Below are positions 1 through 14,500 of a DNA stretch of 64,000 nt, piece by piece. The notes under the pieces are model-generated. The model did no database searches. It had not been told where the DNA came from and saw only the letters and a list, made by a program, of their open reading frames with translations. Location of the stretch: the NCBI RefSeq assembly GCF_009914755.1, contig NC_060933.1. One strand, given 5' to 3'. The stretch comes from the human T2T-CHM13v2.0 reference genome, Homo sapiens. Every line of letters starts with the position of its first letter. Position 1 is the stretch's first letter. Position numbers and translations under genes: made by a program.

Positions 1-53
1 CTCAAGTGATCCACCTGCCTCGGCCTCCCACAGTGTTGGGATTACAGGCATGA
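1..53 (-). mobile_element. Alu 5' end, truncated by window edge
   Basis: gatccacctgcctcggcctcccacagtgttgggattacaggcatga. Confidence 0.85.
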
Positions 54-539
54 AACTTGATTATTTAAACCCCTTTACCTCTCCCCTCCAAATTACGTAA
101 TGAATGAATGGTTACGTAAATGTCAATTTTTAGTTCACAAATACAGTCCTATTAGGCACAGTTTTTCTCTGTTGGCAAATTTCCTTTATTGTCTCTTCTC
201 CTTTGACTGGATCCCTGCCTCCGGAAAGTGGAAAATTCGGCACTCTTCTTTCAAAAGACAAACTGTCCTTTACCTGCTGCTCAAGTGAGGGGCTGTGGGG
301 TTGTGGGGCTGTATTTTCCCCTGAACTGACAGCCCCACACAGGCGTCCTGCGTAACTATCACTTGCTACTTTGTGGCATTTCATTTCCAATCTCAGGTCT
401 CTGACGACTGCTTCTTTGGAATATTTGCATCTCTCAAACTGGTAAGAAGTGACTTCCTGGAAACAAATTGCTTTCATGTTTTCTTGTCAGCCTGAGAGGT
501 TCTCTTTAATAGTTTATTGGCTGCTGTCCTTTTGTTAGT

Positions 540-750
540 AATAGTCACAACAGCTAACATGTATGGAACACCGCTCTGTGGGACTCTGGGCCAAGCATTT
601 CATGTGCATTATTAATTTGATTTTCTCAATAAATAAGCTACTGTTATCCCTGTCAACCAGTGTGCCATTATGATGCCCATTTAAGGATGAGAAAACAAAG
701 GCATATGGTGAAACCAGGTTCTAACTTGGATCTGTTTGATTCCAAATTAG
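540..750 (+). mobile_element. MIR fragment
   Basis: Degenerate MIR core cccatttaaggatgagaaaacaaagg. Confidence 0.5.
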
Positions 751-1782
751 CTCAGTTTTAGCAGATCCAGAGAGGTATACCCCATCTCTGAAAATACAGG
801 CTTCTTCTCTAGCTACAACATTTTAAGAATGATTTTGAACTTATTTAAAATTTTCAATTGACTAATTGCAAACCACCATGCACTAGAGATACAGGATGGA
901 TGAACTATTCACTGTTGCTGCTCTCAGAGTCCTTACCATTAGGTGGAAGGAGACAGACAAGCAAATTGCCTAACATGTTACAGATGGAATTGAAAAGGCA
1001 TCTTTCCGTAAGAAACAGCAGCCGTTCCTTTTAAGGGTGGACAGAACTAATGGACAAACAATCAATATACACACAGATAAGTTAGTACACACACTTCCAG
1101 CTGAACCCCCTTCTGTCCCCCATCCCACCACCCAATTATTAAAATGACTTCAGATTTTCATTGCTGAATTTGATGTCTCAGATTTTGACTTTAGGGGAAA
1201 AAAAATCACTTGATGAGAGCTAAGCAGAAATTTTCTGCAAAGATTATGGTTGCATGAATAGATTTAGCTAATACTCCATATAGTTTTTGTTTTTACTGGA
1301 AATGATTTTTGAGTGAGAGCAAGTGGTGAGGTTTTATCCCAGAAGACAACACTTTCTAAAAGCAGGTGAAACTAAGTTAAAATTAGTCATCATGAAAGTC
1401 TGACAGTGTGTTCCTTCTGGTAAATTCTGTAATTTTCAACACAGTTGCCCTATTAATTGTATGCTTATAATTGGTTATGTATCAAAGTCTGAAAGACCAT
1501 GAAACTGATGTTAGTATTGAGCACGTTAAATCTTGAGCCACTTGCAAGGAGTGTCTGCCTTTGGATAGACTGTTACATGGTAGTTTGAATCTCCCTGAAC
1601 AATATTAAAAATTTTGTTAAATTTAACAAAAAAAATTTGTTAAATTAAAAAAATATTTGTTAAAAAGATTGCTGATGATCAGCAAAGATCTTGACTTGGA
1701 AATCTTTGACAGAAAGGGTTTTCTAGCAAATTGCAAACCTTATGATAAGAAATGCCATAGCTTTGTATGAAAAATGACTTAA

Positions 1783-2224
<442 letters not shown>

Positions 2225-2313
2225 TTATTTGGATATTCCTTTTGTTTTTCAGTGCTTTATTTTGCATGTAAGGTTATTTCATCTCAGTAGGCATTGGTTG
2301 TATTTATATCTTA

Positions 2314-2963
2314 TGTTACTGGCCAGATCCACGTCTGTTCTGCCCACGTGCAGTAAATCAATCACTGTGACACAGGTTTTGCAAAAGAGAAAAGATTTAT
2401 TCACAAGGGCACCAAGCATAAAGATGGAAGAACAGCCCTCAACTCTACCTCCCTGAAGATAAGGTTTAGGGATATTTATGGGGTAAGGAAGTGGGGTGGT
2501 GTAAGGCACAGGGAAAGGTGATTGGCAGTGGGGAAAAATGAAATCACAGGTTCGTTCTACACAGGCATAGCCAGGGTTCATGGCATTTCCTAGGACATAC
2601 ATACAAAAAATGGCAGAGTCAGCATGATCTGATGGTGGAGTTTTTGGCTCTCCAACATCAAAAGGCCATCTCTTGGGCACTTGCGCTCAGGCCCAGTTTA
2701 AGGGCCAGTGGTGTCAACGGGTTTGAACTGGACAGAGCTGGCCAAAGTTCCTGAAAAACAACTGAAGTAACCATTACCATGGTGACGTATGCATGTTATC
2801 TGTAAAGTAGCCAGTGAAGGTCAAGTTTGAGCATTCAGCAGCAAGACCTTCAGCTACTGCAGCCTTCAGCTTCATGGAAAAAGAGAAAACAAAAATAACA
2901 AAAAGCAAGAAACCAGAAGCATGCAGGGCAGGCAGACCTGATGAGATTAACTGTTCGGTTTCA
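2314..2963 (-). mobile_element. ERV1 MER4-group solo LTR (MER39-like)
   Basis: TG...CA ends (tgttactgg...ggtttca), antisense AATAAA, typical cctccctgaagataaggtttagggatatttatggg segment. Confidence 0.7.
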
Positions 2964-4573
2964 TTAATCCGTGTGATTATCAGCTGGTTCATTTTCAGTT
3001 AATCAAAACTGTTGAACTTCTATCCTGAGAGTATAGATGTATAGTTTTGTACCCAGTTTTCAGAAACACAGATGCCATGATCTCTTCTTTCCCCATTTTA
3101 GAAGAAATTTTTGGTTTCTGTGGCTTTTCATTCAGTTTAAGGCAGAGGAGAAATATGTGAACCATTAATACATGTAATTTTTAAAAAAATTCTTGTAGCT
3201 GGAAAGATGATAGAGAAGGTTTCACAGCAGAAATATCTTCCATTAGCGTCGTGAACAGATAGTTCACCATGATCTCAGAAAGCCAATTCTGAAAATAAAA
3301 GAAAAAAGAGCCCCACATTTGAAAGCTCACTCATCAAAGCATGTTTAGTGCTCCTCCTCCAAAATCTAAACTCGGACAGTTGATTGTGTCGGACCTCACC
3401 AGTTCACTAAACTCGAAACCTAATGTAGAAAGTAAATTGGGTCTAAAGAATGTGACTCCATGTGACTCAATGAGAGCCCCCAGACCCCTCATTTCTAATC
3501 CCTGTTTGCTGTATGCAGGGAAGTGATTTGTTTTCTCCCTCTTCAGGAGGGCATTTGTTATTTTTATTAAATGTGAAAAACAGATCGTCCCCATGTTTGA
3601 GAACTTGGCCCTCATAGTAACTTGATTTCATTAGCTATAGTCACTTAAATGTTTTAATCCTCTGAAATAAATTGCTGGTATGTTTTCATCCTTAAAAAAT
3701 GAACAGCATGTAGGAATAATATTTGAAGAGCAGCTGGTCAGAGACTGTCATGTAACATGCATACATATTTCCCAACAGCCTAAAGCCTTCTTTCAAAATT
3801 CAGCATCTAAGCTTTTCTGGTGAAATATGTTCAGATGGAATACTGGTGTTTTTTTTTTCTCCCCTTCCACAATGCATTTCATGAAATGGCTGGGTAAATA
3901 CATTACACATACATAATATGTGATTGAGTGGCTCATCTGGAATGCAAGAATGCCCCAAAAGTGAGCACCAGACTCTGAGGTTTGGTACTGTCTGCTTATT
4001 CACTATTTTGGAGCCTCTTCAGACCCCATGGGGCAAACCACCCCCAAGTATTTAACATGCTGCTCTGTTTAGTTGGTTTTGATTTAGCATGCTTTGAACT
4101 CAACAGAGCAGGATGATAACGTGAGAAACAGACTAAGAGATTTCTTGTGGGGGGGGTGGGGATTATTGTGGCTTTAAGTCTTGCTAACAAGGATAAAATT
4201 ATTCCATTTGCAAAAAAAAAATTACATTCATAATTTATGTTTTTACCAACCAGACCATACTTAGTAGTAATCCAAATGGTAAAGTAGTAGAAAAGAACTT
4301 TCCTTTTTTTTCTATTTTCTTGGCATAAAAAAAGTCCTTGCTTTAATGCCTATTGGCAAAGTTTATTTAAGCCATTATTACAGTTTTAAGTGCACGTGTG
4401 TGTGTGTGAGAGTGAAAGAGACAGGGCGAGAGAGGAAGTGTGTGTGTTCTTAAAATTATTTGTTGTTATAAATCACAGAAATAAATCCAAAAAATGTTTT
4501 CATTGTTTTAGGTGAGAGTAAGGATTTTGTAAAATTTGTGAAGTTGCGAAGATGCCTCATTAGAAATGTTTAA

Positions 4574-4987
<414 letters not shown>

Positions 4988-5720
4988 TGATCAGTTTCAT
5001 TATTCACATTTACAGGACAGAGCAAATATCTAAACGAGTGGGCTGTTGCTTTCTTGGAGCCAATTCTTCTGGCTGTTTTCTTATCTCCCTTAGAGCATAG
5101 ATACGAGGTCCCACATATGCCTTTGAAGAGCTGAAGTTTGAGGTAGAAAAACTTAGTTTCTCCTTAGTTTTAATCCCATCTCTTGGGATTGCCATTGAAC
5201 AAAGTATATTTAATGAGGGATAAGTCAAAAATGTTGCAAAATCATAGCAGTAAGAACAATAGCAACCATCATTCATGGGACCCTTAATCTGTGTCAGCCT
5301 CTTGGGCATTTTTTCATTCAGTTTTACGACAACCCTGTCAGACGGTTAATATGATTTGAATCTTTGCAGTCAAGGAAACTGAATCCTAGGCAGGGTAAGT
5401 AACTTCCCCAAGGCCAAATAGTATTACAGTAGTTAACCTTTTATTTTGTGTTTTATTTAAAGTCATCATCAAAACATATTCTAATGAGCATTTATTGTTG
5501 TAAAGCTCTTTTAGCCAGGTAAGTTCAGGGCTATCCTTTTAAAGCAGTACTTTGATGTTTTGTTTTTTTTTTTTTAAATTGAGCGGGTCTCTCATGGCAC
5601 TGGTTTTCTAAGTTACTCTGGGAGGTGAGGCATCTGCCTGTAGGATATTGGGTAGGGTGATATTGGTCAAGATTTGATTCATACTGGAGCAAATGTTGAA
5701 TTCAAAACAGTAAAAATGAA

Positions 5721-6043
5721 GAGCAGGTGTGGTGGCTCATGCCTGTAATCCCAGGACTTTGGGAGGTTGAGGCAGGAGGATTGCTTTGAGCCCAGGAATT
5801 TGAGACCAGCCTGGGCAACATGGTGAAACCCTGTCTCTACAAAAAAATACAAAAATTAGCTGGGCACAGTGGCACTTATACCTGTAGTCCCAAGTTCCTC
5901 AGCAGGCTGAGGTGGGAGGATTGTTTGAGTCTGGGAGGCAGAGGCTATAGTGAGCCATGATCGTACCACCGCTCTCCAGCCCGGGCGACAAAGCAAGACC
6001 GTGTCTCAAAAAAAAAAAAAAAAAAAGAAAAGCAAAAAGAAAA
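5721..6043 (+). mobile_element. AluJ-type element
   Basis: Dimeric Alu with A-rich linker and poly(A) tail. Confidence 0.95.
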
Positions 6044-8346
6044 TGGCAACTCTCACGTAGGAGTATGAATTCTACATCAGCTTTTCCTAGGCTCCTCGTT
6101 GAGCCCTGGTTTTCTCAACAGTAACACTATCTCACTGGGTTGCGAAGACTGAGTGGCAGTGCCATATAGCGTCACTTTTGGCAGGAAATCACATTCAGGG
6201 GTACATTAAAATTCTAAGGGAGCTTTTAAAAAATATGCATGCCTGCTTTCTGTTCCCTGCCACCGCACCCCAGTTTTCTTATTCGGTGGAGCTAGGTGCT
6301 TCCTTTGAGCGCTCCCAGGAGATTCTGAAATAGATTCTCATACAGATGAGGAGCACTGATTTAAAGACTCAACTGTGGGCCCAAACCACCAACACTGGGC
6401 CACTGCGTGTACTTACCATTCTCTGTAGGTGAATAAATTAAAGCGACTATTAAAATTTTCTGATCTTGAAAAGGATTGGGAGCCACCAGCACAGAATATA
6501 TTAGTTCTAAGTCTTCAGGAAATATGGTTACGTATTTTTATAAATACATAAAAGTGTTTCATTCCAAGGCTCAGGTAGAATTCATATTGATGTGAGAGAT
6601 CTGCAGTTTTTCTTTTTAGCATTATGGATTCAGTATTTGTTCCACAAACATTTATTGAGTGTCTGTTATGCAGCAGGCAGTGAGCTAGGCTGGGTATCTA
6701 AGGGGGAGGAAGGAAGACGTGATGTGACTCCTCTCCTCCTGGTGTGCTCAATGTGATTGGATGTTTAGATTATCCTTGCTGGTACCTAAGTTTTGAGGAC
6801 GATCTATAGGTGAATGGAGAGTTTGCTTGTATTCTGTCTTCGGAGGTAAGCATTTCCACTGACTCTTAGATGTTTACCTTCACTGGCACAGTATACAGTA
6901 TAAATCCTAAAAGCCACTGTTCCAGGAAATGCTAATTTAACATGGAAAATAACTCTGGGACATCTGTATGATGTTCCACCCCACCCCGCCTCTCATTTTT
7001 TTTTTTCGTACTTTCTCTCTAGCTCTGTTAAAAACTTTGAACTCTAGAATCAAAGTAAATTGCAGTAACATGAAATAGTCCCCTCTTAACTACATGGGAA
7101 CTAAAGCTTTGGCAGCAAAACACAGGATCCCAGATTTTCTCTGGTGGAATTTACAACAGGTTCCTCACACTGGGCCTCTGCAAGTATTTCTAGCTGCCAT
7201 AGGTAGATTCACTTCCACCTGATTGAATAAACTGAGCTGACCAGATTTTTCATCTGTCACTGAACAGGACCATTAGTTTGGTCAAATTTTTCTTTTTCAG
7301 GAATCAGTGATTTTATAGTGATAAAGATCCATCTGAGTTTTCATTTAAAAGGTACAGAACTCTACTAAATATTGTTAGGCACTTTGCATACCTCACCTCA
7401 AGTAATCGTCAAAATATCTTCTACATAAGGAAACCAGTCAATGTTAGCTTGCTCATGAACACCCCACCAGGATCATTCACACCCATGTCTGTTTAGGTTT
7501 CAGTTTGAATACTGGGTTTGAGCTCTTTCTACCTTGCACCCTTGCATATAGATTGTATAGCCCCCAAAATGAAAATTGTGAAGGTCTTTGTATCAGGTTA
7601 ATTTTAGCATGCATTGAAGAAAAATTTCTATAAGTATGCATTATCATGTTGAATCAAAATTAAGGCACATTGGTGAAAATAGGGGATTTGACATAGGTTG
7701 ACAGATAGAGGCCTTAATGTTGCTGATTGAGGACCCTACCTAGAAGCAAAGATAGAACTCGTGATTGTGGAATTAACAAAAAAAAATCCCACCAGGTTGC
7801 CAAGACTCTCATTTCCAAACTGTTGGTTAGAAACATGGGTTGGTACTCGTGTTTTTTACCCACGGAGCTGCAGCTGTGTTGCTATTACGGAATGGTCGAC
7901 CACATTTAGCTTGCAGACCCTCTTCTCAGACCAGGCTCTTAGCTTCAAGTATTATCAGACCTAAGTCAGTGTGATGAAGTTTCAGACCACCGAAGTGAGA
8001 CTTCAGAAACATGGAGTAATCCATCCAATAATTACAGCACTTCTTTGTCACAATATTCCCCCCACATTTTGGCTTAGGGACTCAAGCTCACATTTCGTTA
8101 AACTTCTCCAGTCTAGAAATATTAGCTTTTGTGACCTTCCAATTAGATGGGTGATCTGAAACACACAAACACACATCACTGCTACCACCACCAAACGAAA
8201 CTTAACTGCAGCAAATTCCCAAGGATTCTGTAATGTCTGACCGTGTTCCTATGTTGTCCATGTGCCCTGCTTCCTCACCTGTTCTATTCATATTCTGCTG
8301 CCCCCTGCAATTAGTATTTTTGTGGTTTTGTCAGCATCTTCTTGGA

Positions 8347-8570
8347 CAAGGGTCAGCAATCTACTACTCGCGGGCTCGGTCTGACCTGCCCCTTGTTTTT
8401 GCACCCCCACAGGTGAAGAATGGTTTTCACTTTTTAAAGTATAAATTAGAAAATGGTGGGGAAAAAGAGTATCAGCCTTCTGGTGAGAACAGTTGTTCAA
8501 TTTTTGCTTCTGGGCCAGACAGCATAGAACGTTTACTATTGCGCCCATTTTAGAGACTGTTGGCCTCTGT
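8347..8570. mobile_element. hAT-Charlie MER58-like element
   Basis: caagggtcagcaa...gttggcctctg degenerate termini. Confidence 0.5.
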
Positions 8571-10325
8571 TCCAGGAGATAGTGAAAAGCCTCATGACAC
8601 AGACCTTGTCATCTTGACTGCTGTTAGCAGGTCTGGTGAAGATATGTGGAGAGGGACGGTTGAACTAAAAGCTTAAAAAGGAACTTTAGGGTGTTTTAAA
8701 GTTCTTTGTCCCCTTTGGATTTGAATGATCCACCTTACATTCTCCTCTTTAGAAAATAATCTAATATAGATGGGTCCCAGCTGTTTTCATGGCTTAGCAC
8801 TATGATATTTATATTAACTTATTCAAATATCTGCTGAGGAAGAAGTTTTGCCTAATTGGCTACTTAATTTTAAAGGTCCCTGCAGCAAAAACAAATCTCC
8901 AGGGCAGCCTTTTGTCTGCTGCCTTCTTGTGCTACAACAGGTGACCAGGAGACTTGTCTGGTCAAGAAGACGGGTTTACAGCTGTTGAGCATCAGCTCTC
9001 TGCAAATTATGGTGCCAGGGATGTGGGATACAGAAAACAGACTTTTGCCCTAAAAATCTATACAGTCTAATGGGAGACATGTGTAAACAACTAATTAGCA
9101 TCAGCTCAGATAACATCACCTGGACCACAATGAATAAAAGCCACATGCCAAGAAGTTTTTATTACGTAGCTATAAAATTAGGTAATTCTGTTTCATGGGC
9201 TCATGAAGGTTTTTATTTAAAAATTTCATGAAAGCTTTTTTCTTATTATTAATATATGAGTAACATTTAAAGCAGAAAAAAAGCAAAATGTAAGCAAAGT
9301 GAAGAAAGTGAAATAACACCTATAATCTTATCACCTGGAGATTTACGTTGTTGGCATGTTGGTGTTTGTCCTCCTACCTTTTTCTTTATATAGATAAATT
9401 TGCACATGTAAGATCAGAATGCACATGGTTCTTTTTAACTTGTTTTCACTTATGTCATTAAATCTCCTACAATATAATTTTTATGATACTTTGTTGATAC
9501 ATACATATAGTAGGATACTATAATTCATTTAACTAATTCAGTATTGTTGAATGTTTCTTTTTTTAAAAAAAAAGCCATTAGAGAGAGTAAATTATTCTGA
9601 GAAGGTACATCCTTATTTCTAAATCTTTGTGCATATCTATGATTATTTGTTTAGGATACATTTCCGAAGTAATATTTCTAAGTCGGAGACATAGACAGTT
9701 TTAACACTTCTAATAGGTAGTGACAAATTTCTGTCCCCAAAAGTTTACCAGTTGACTACCCAACTAGCAATCCTTTTGATTTCCCAGATTGAAGACCGAG
9801 TCTTTGATAAGGTTAGGTTCGAGGAAATTGACTACCTGAGCAGTCAGTGTGTGTGTATGTGTGTGTGTGGTAAGATGTATGTATGTATAATACCTGAATG
9901 TACAACTCAGTGATATTTTTAAAATAATCTTCAACACATCACGCCAAAGAAAAGGCGTTTCTTGCAACTTAAGGTTAGTTGTAGGTGTTATGTAAGTCAT
10001 AATTCTGACATTGGACATTGGTGTCTTGTTTAATGTTTTAGATATGGACTAAATCTGATGGGGAACCTAGAGACAGATAAAAACAATATGATACCTGGAT
10101 TTCAAAACCTGAGATGTATTTCAGTTGGCTTGGTTAATTTCAACCCAGGTTTCTTCAACTAGGAATGACACTGAATTTTTCCAAACGTAGCTTGTGTGTT
10201 TTTAAAATGTAGGCAAAATCTTACCTTAGTGAAGGTGAAATACAGAACCCTTCCATATTTCCCTCTGGGGTGGGGTCCGGTTTTGGATGCCTATGCCAGG
10301 CATCTCAGTCCTCATAGCATATTGA

Positions 10326-10589
<264 letters not shown>

Positions 10590-11528
10590 TGAAATCAAAC
10601 AGTGGCCTTTTGTCTCTGAAGGACTCAGAATAATCCCTTTGTTTAAAAAACTTCCTGGGCTGGCGTTAATGAAAATGAAGAAATAAACTGCTGTTTTAGA
10701 TCCCAACCACAGAAAGCCTGTGAAAGTTATCCAAAATGAGTGTCTTAAGAGCTATGGCTGGAGGAACCTCAAGGCTTGGCCTGTGGGTGCTCCCTCCTTT
10801 TTCCCAGGGTGGTAAAACCAGCTGCTTTATTGAACCATCAGTGCTGCCTTCTGTAGGGCAGATGCAGAACTGCAGAGGATACTTTAGGGACAAAATCAGC
10901 CGGACGAGACAAGACATAAATGGAAGGGGTCCTCTTTCTCTCATCCTCCAGAGCCCTCTCTCTCTTTTGCCTTTTGATCAGGGATCACAGAGCTTCAACA
11001 TGTTTGTAGGACAAACCTTCACAGCCATCTTCCGCACATTTAGCTATACTTGCTCTTGGCAAGCATGACCTTAACCTCTACTTTAAATTTTTCTTTAAGA
11101 GCTGTCTGAAGGTTGGGAAAAATTCTGGTTAAACAGCCTTTATTTGTCAGGGTTGTATGAAGAATGCTTTGATTAGGTTTTTATTAGGGGAATGTTGAGT
11201 TGTCATTTGTATTATTTTTAGATTGCCAACGTTAGTAATTTTATAAATATTCATTCCAAAATGGATTTGAAGTAGATTTTTAAACGTATGTATATAGTGT
11301 AGCAAACTACAGAATATCAGCAGAAGTCCTTATCATAAAACTGGCTGAACATATTTTTTGTGTGTGCCCATACTTACAAATTGAAGAGTAAGTCTACCTT
11401 ACATATTCATGTGGAATACTGTTTTCATTGCATATATTAGATATAATTTGATTTTTGCCTTAAATAGGATATGTGTTTTTGCATTCTTCTATAAATTATG
11501 AACCTGAGTCTTTTAAAAGTCTTATAAA

Positions 11529-11702
11529 CAAATACTCCTCAACTTACAATGGTGTTACATCCCGACAAACCCATCATAAATTGAAAATATCAGGACATGG
11601 CCCCATCTTAAGTCTAGTGGAGTACTGAATGTGCATCCCTTCTGCACCATTATAAAGTCGAAAAATCCTAAGTCCAGCCGTTGTTAAGCCAGAGACTGTC
11701 TG
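11529..11702 (+). mobile_element. MER47/Tigger5-type deletion derivative
   Basis: Starts caaatactcctcaacttacaatggtgttacatcccgacaaacccatc, ends taagccagagactgtctg|ta. Confidence 0.7.
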
Positions 11703-13967
11703 TATATTTTTTTTTTCTAAAATGAATCTAAATGTGAAGTAAAGCTTGATATTTAAAGGTATCCTGAAATGAACCCATTTGCAAATTGAAGAGCACTTTT
11801 GTATTATGCCTCCTAATTTGTCCGTCTTATATTTTTGATTAGCTATCCACTGAGTTTCATGAAAATGATAAAAAATACATATGCACATGCACTCACTATC
11901 CACACACATTTGAAAAATTTTTATCTCAAATTATTTATAGTTTCTGATTCTAGAAATTGAATATTTGATACAGATATGGAGTCAAATTGTCAGGTGATTT
12001 TTTTGTTGTTTATACACTTGGACATTTCCAAAAAAACAATATGGCGAATGATCTATCCTGTGACAAAGCAGATATGAGCAGAGCTGACACTCAGCCAGTC
12101 GTCTCCACTACATTTTTGCTTATTTGTTTTGTGTAGGCCTTGTGAAAATAGTACCTGATCTGGTTGAGAATCAAGGAAGCCTGGAGTTTTCCAGCCTTCC
12201 TAAGCCGCAGGGAGTTGCTGATCTCCCCTGGGCCCGAGGGCTGCCAGGTGGGGCCTGACGTGCACTCCCCTCCCAGTTGTCCTGCCATCAAGGCTAGCTG
12301 TGAGCAGCCTTGCTGAGGCTCCTGTCCCTTCTTGGCTGCCAGTGTGTCAGAAAAATGTTGCCGTTTTCAGGGGGGCTTGTGTCCTGATGTAAAGATGTTT
12401 GAAAACACTGAGAGACTGCAGTCAAAGACTCTGGTTCTGAAAGATCAGGACAACATAGGCTGGCATCACCATGGTTGATGCGACCATGAAGTGCTGGGGC
12501 AGAGAACCCAGGAAGATGCATTGTGCACTTCCAGCTATTTGGTTTTCCATGAAGGTCATAAACAGGCACTTTACAAGAGAATCTTTTCATCTTGGGCATG
12601 GGGTTGTCTGAGCCCCTCATGGTCCAGGTGATGAGAGGGTAATGTGTGGTTCTAGGAAGAAAGTAGGCGAAGCGGGACATCTGTTCACCAGAGGAGACAT
12701 TACCAGATATTTTGTACTGTGAAGTCTGAACCCACTCCCAGCTAGTCTGTGTCCTTGTCAGATGAAATGTAATATTTAGACAAATTGACTTTAATCAATC
12801 TGGAGGCAAACTAGAATAGAAGGTTTTTCAGAAATAATTATTATCTTGAATTGTAGATTTTTTTACTTTATTGGATTGCATTCATTTCTAACACTTATTA
12901 AGTTCCTGCAGTGCGAAAGACGTTATCTTGGGAGCCGACACAGTCATCTCATTTGAGCCGCTAGTACACTCATACTCTTTCTCTAAAACAAGTTGCCTCT
13001 TTTTGAATATACAGTTTGTGAAATTGGATGTCTGAAGTTCTGTGTTTTCCTCTTTCTTCCCTCGACTGATACACTGAAATTCCCCGTTTGATTTCTAACA
13101 AGCCCACTCAGCATATGATAAAAATAATTTGGGAAGATAAATCCTGAAGCATATGCCGAACTTTTAGAATCATTTTTTAAGTGTGGAAGTCATCCTATAA
13201 CATTGCTAAAAATCCTGAGAACTGTTGGTTTCTGAGGAATTAGCAGAGAGATAATGTACCTTTGTTTGACGTAATATAAAATGAAAATTTTAGCCCATAT
13301 GTAATTGCTTTCTCTGCTTCATTTAAATTATTTTAATTAAGTATAATTTTGAGGTTTTTTTTGTTACTGATACCTTTTTAGTTATCCCATCCATAGCTCC
13401 AATCATTAACAATAATACCCATAGAAATATATTAAGCACACTTCAAAGGCTATATATTTGGCACATATATGTGATTTTTATTGTCTTAGTGCCTAGTAAC
13501 AAGGTTTCACATACTTATGTCTTTTGTAAGGATTTGAAAATAAGCATTTATATTTGGCATAAGGTAAATGGAATTAAAAGAATTAATGTTAGGTACTTTT
13601 TCATATGGATGTCCTTATTAAAATCTTACATCCCCATGTGAAATAGATGTCATACCCATATGACCAATGAGGTCACTGAAGCGAGGAGACATTAAGTAAC
13701 TTGTTGTAAAAGTAACAGAATCAAGATACACATCCAGGAGAACTCATATTTCTTATAGTGGACCACAGTTTCCTCCCTGAACGGATTTTGCTCTGGGAAG
13801 ATGGTTTTAATAGCTTGTAAAATAGTAACGTCAAGGACTAAATCCAGCAACCCCTTCCCTTTTCTTTCTGCCTTGAGAAATGGGACCCCTCTGGTCTGGA
13901 GGACAGATCACTTACTTGTTTGTACCTTGCCCCAGCTGTCCACTGGTTAAAATCACTCTGTTTTTAA

Positions 13968-14108
<141 letters not shown>

Positions 14109-14179
14109 TAAGCAGAATGTCTGCAGCCTGCGTGCCTGGCAGAACTTCATACGTAAAGCCTATGCCTTTCCTTCAGTTC

Positions 14180-14500
14180 AGAGGCTGCAAACTGGCTGGA
14201 GTTAGCCTGCAGACATATTTTGTTTGGCCCACGCAGCGTTTTTTAAAATTTCCCATTCATTGCCAACATAAAAAAGAATCCTGATTTCTGGCTTCTCTTG
14301 AAAAATGAGATCGGGCAGTACCAGGCCCACATCTTTGTGTGGAAACAGTTGGCCAGGGCTGAGTAGCAGCTGCACTCTCTGGACAGGCCTCGCGGTCTAC
14401 AGCTTACCATAGACGCCCTCCTGTTCCCAGTTCGTTTCTAATCCCAGGCCAGTGTCATTCAGGAAGCCTACCTGGCTCCTATAGGCATTGGAACTTACAA
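14180..14500. mobile_element. hAT-Charlie MER58B-like element
   Basis: cagaggctgcaaactggc...tttggcccacgcag...ttctcttgaaaaatgagatc. Confidence 0.5.
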
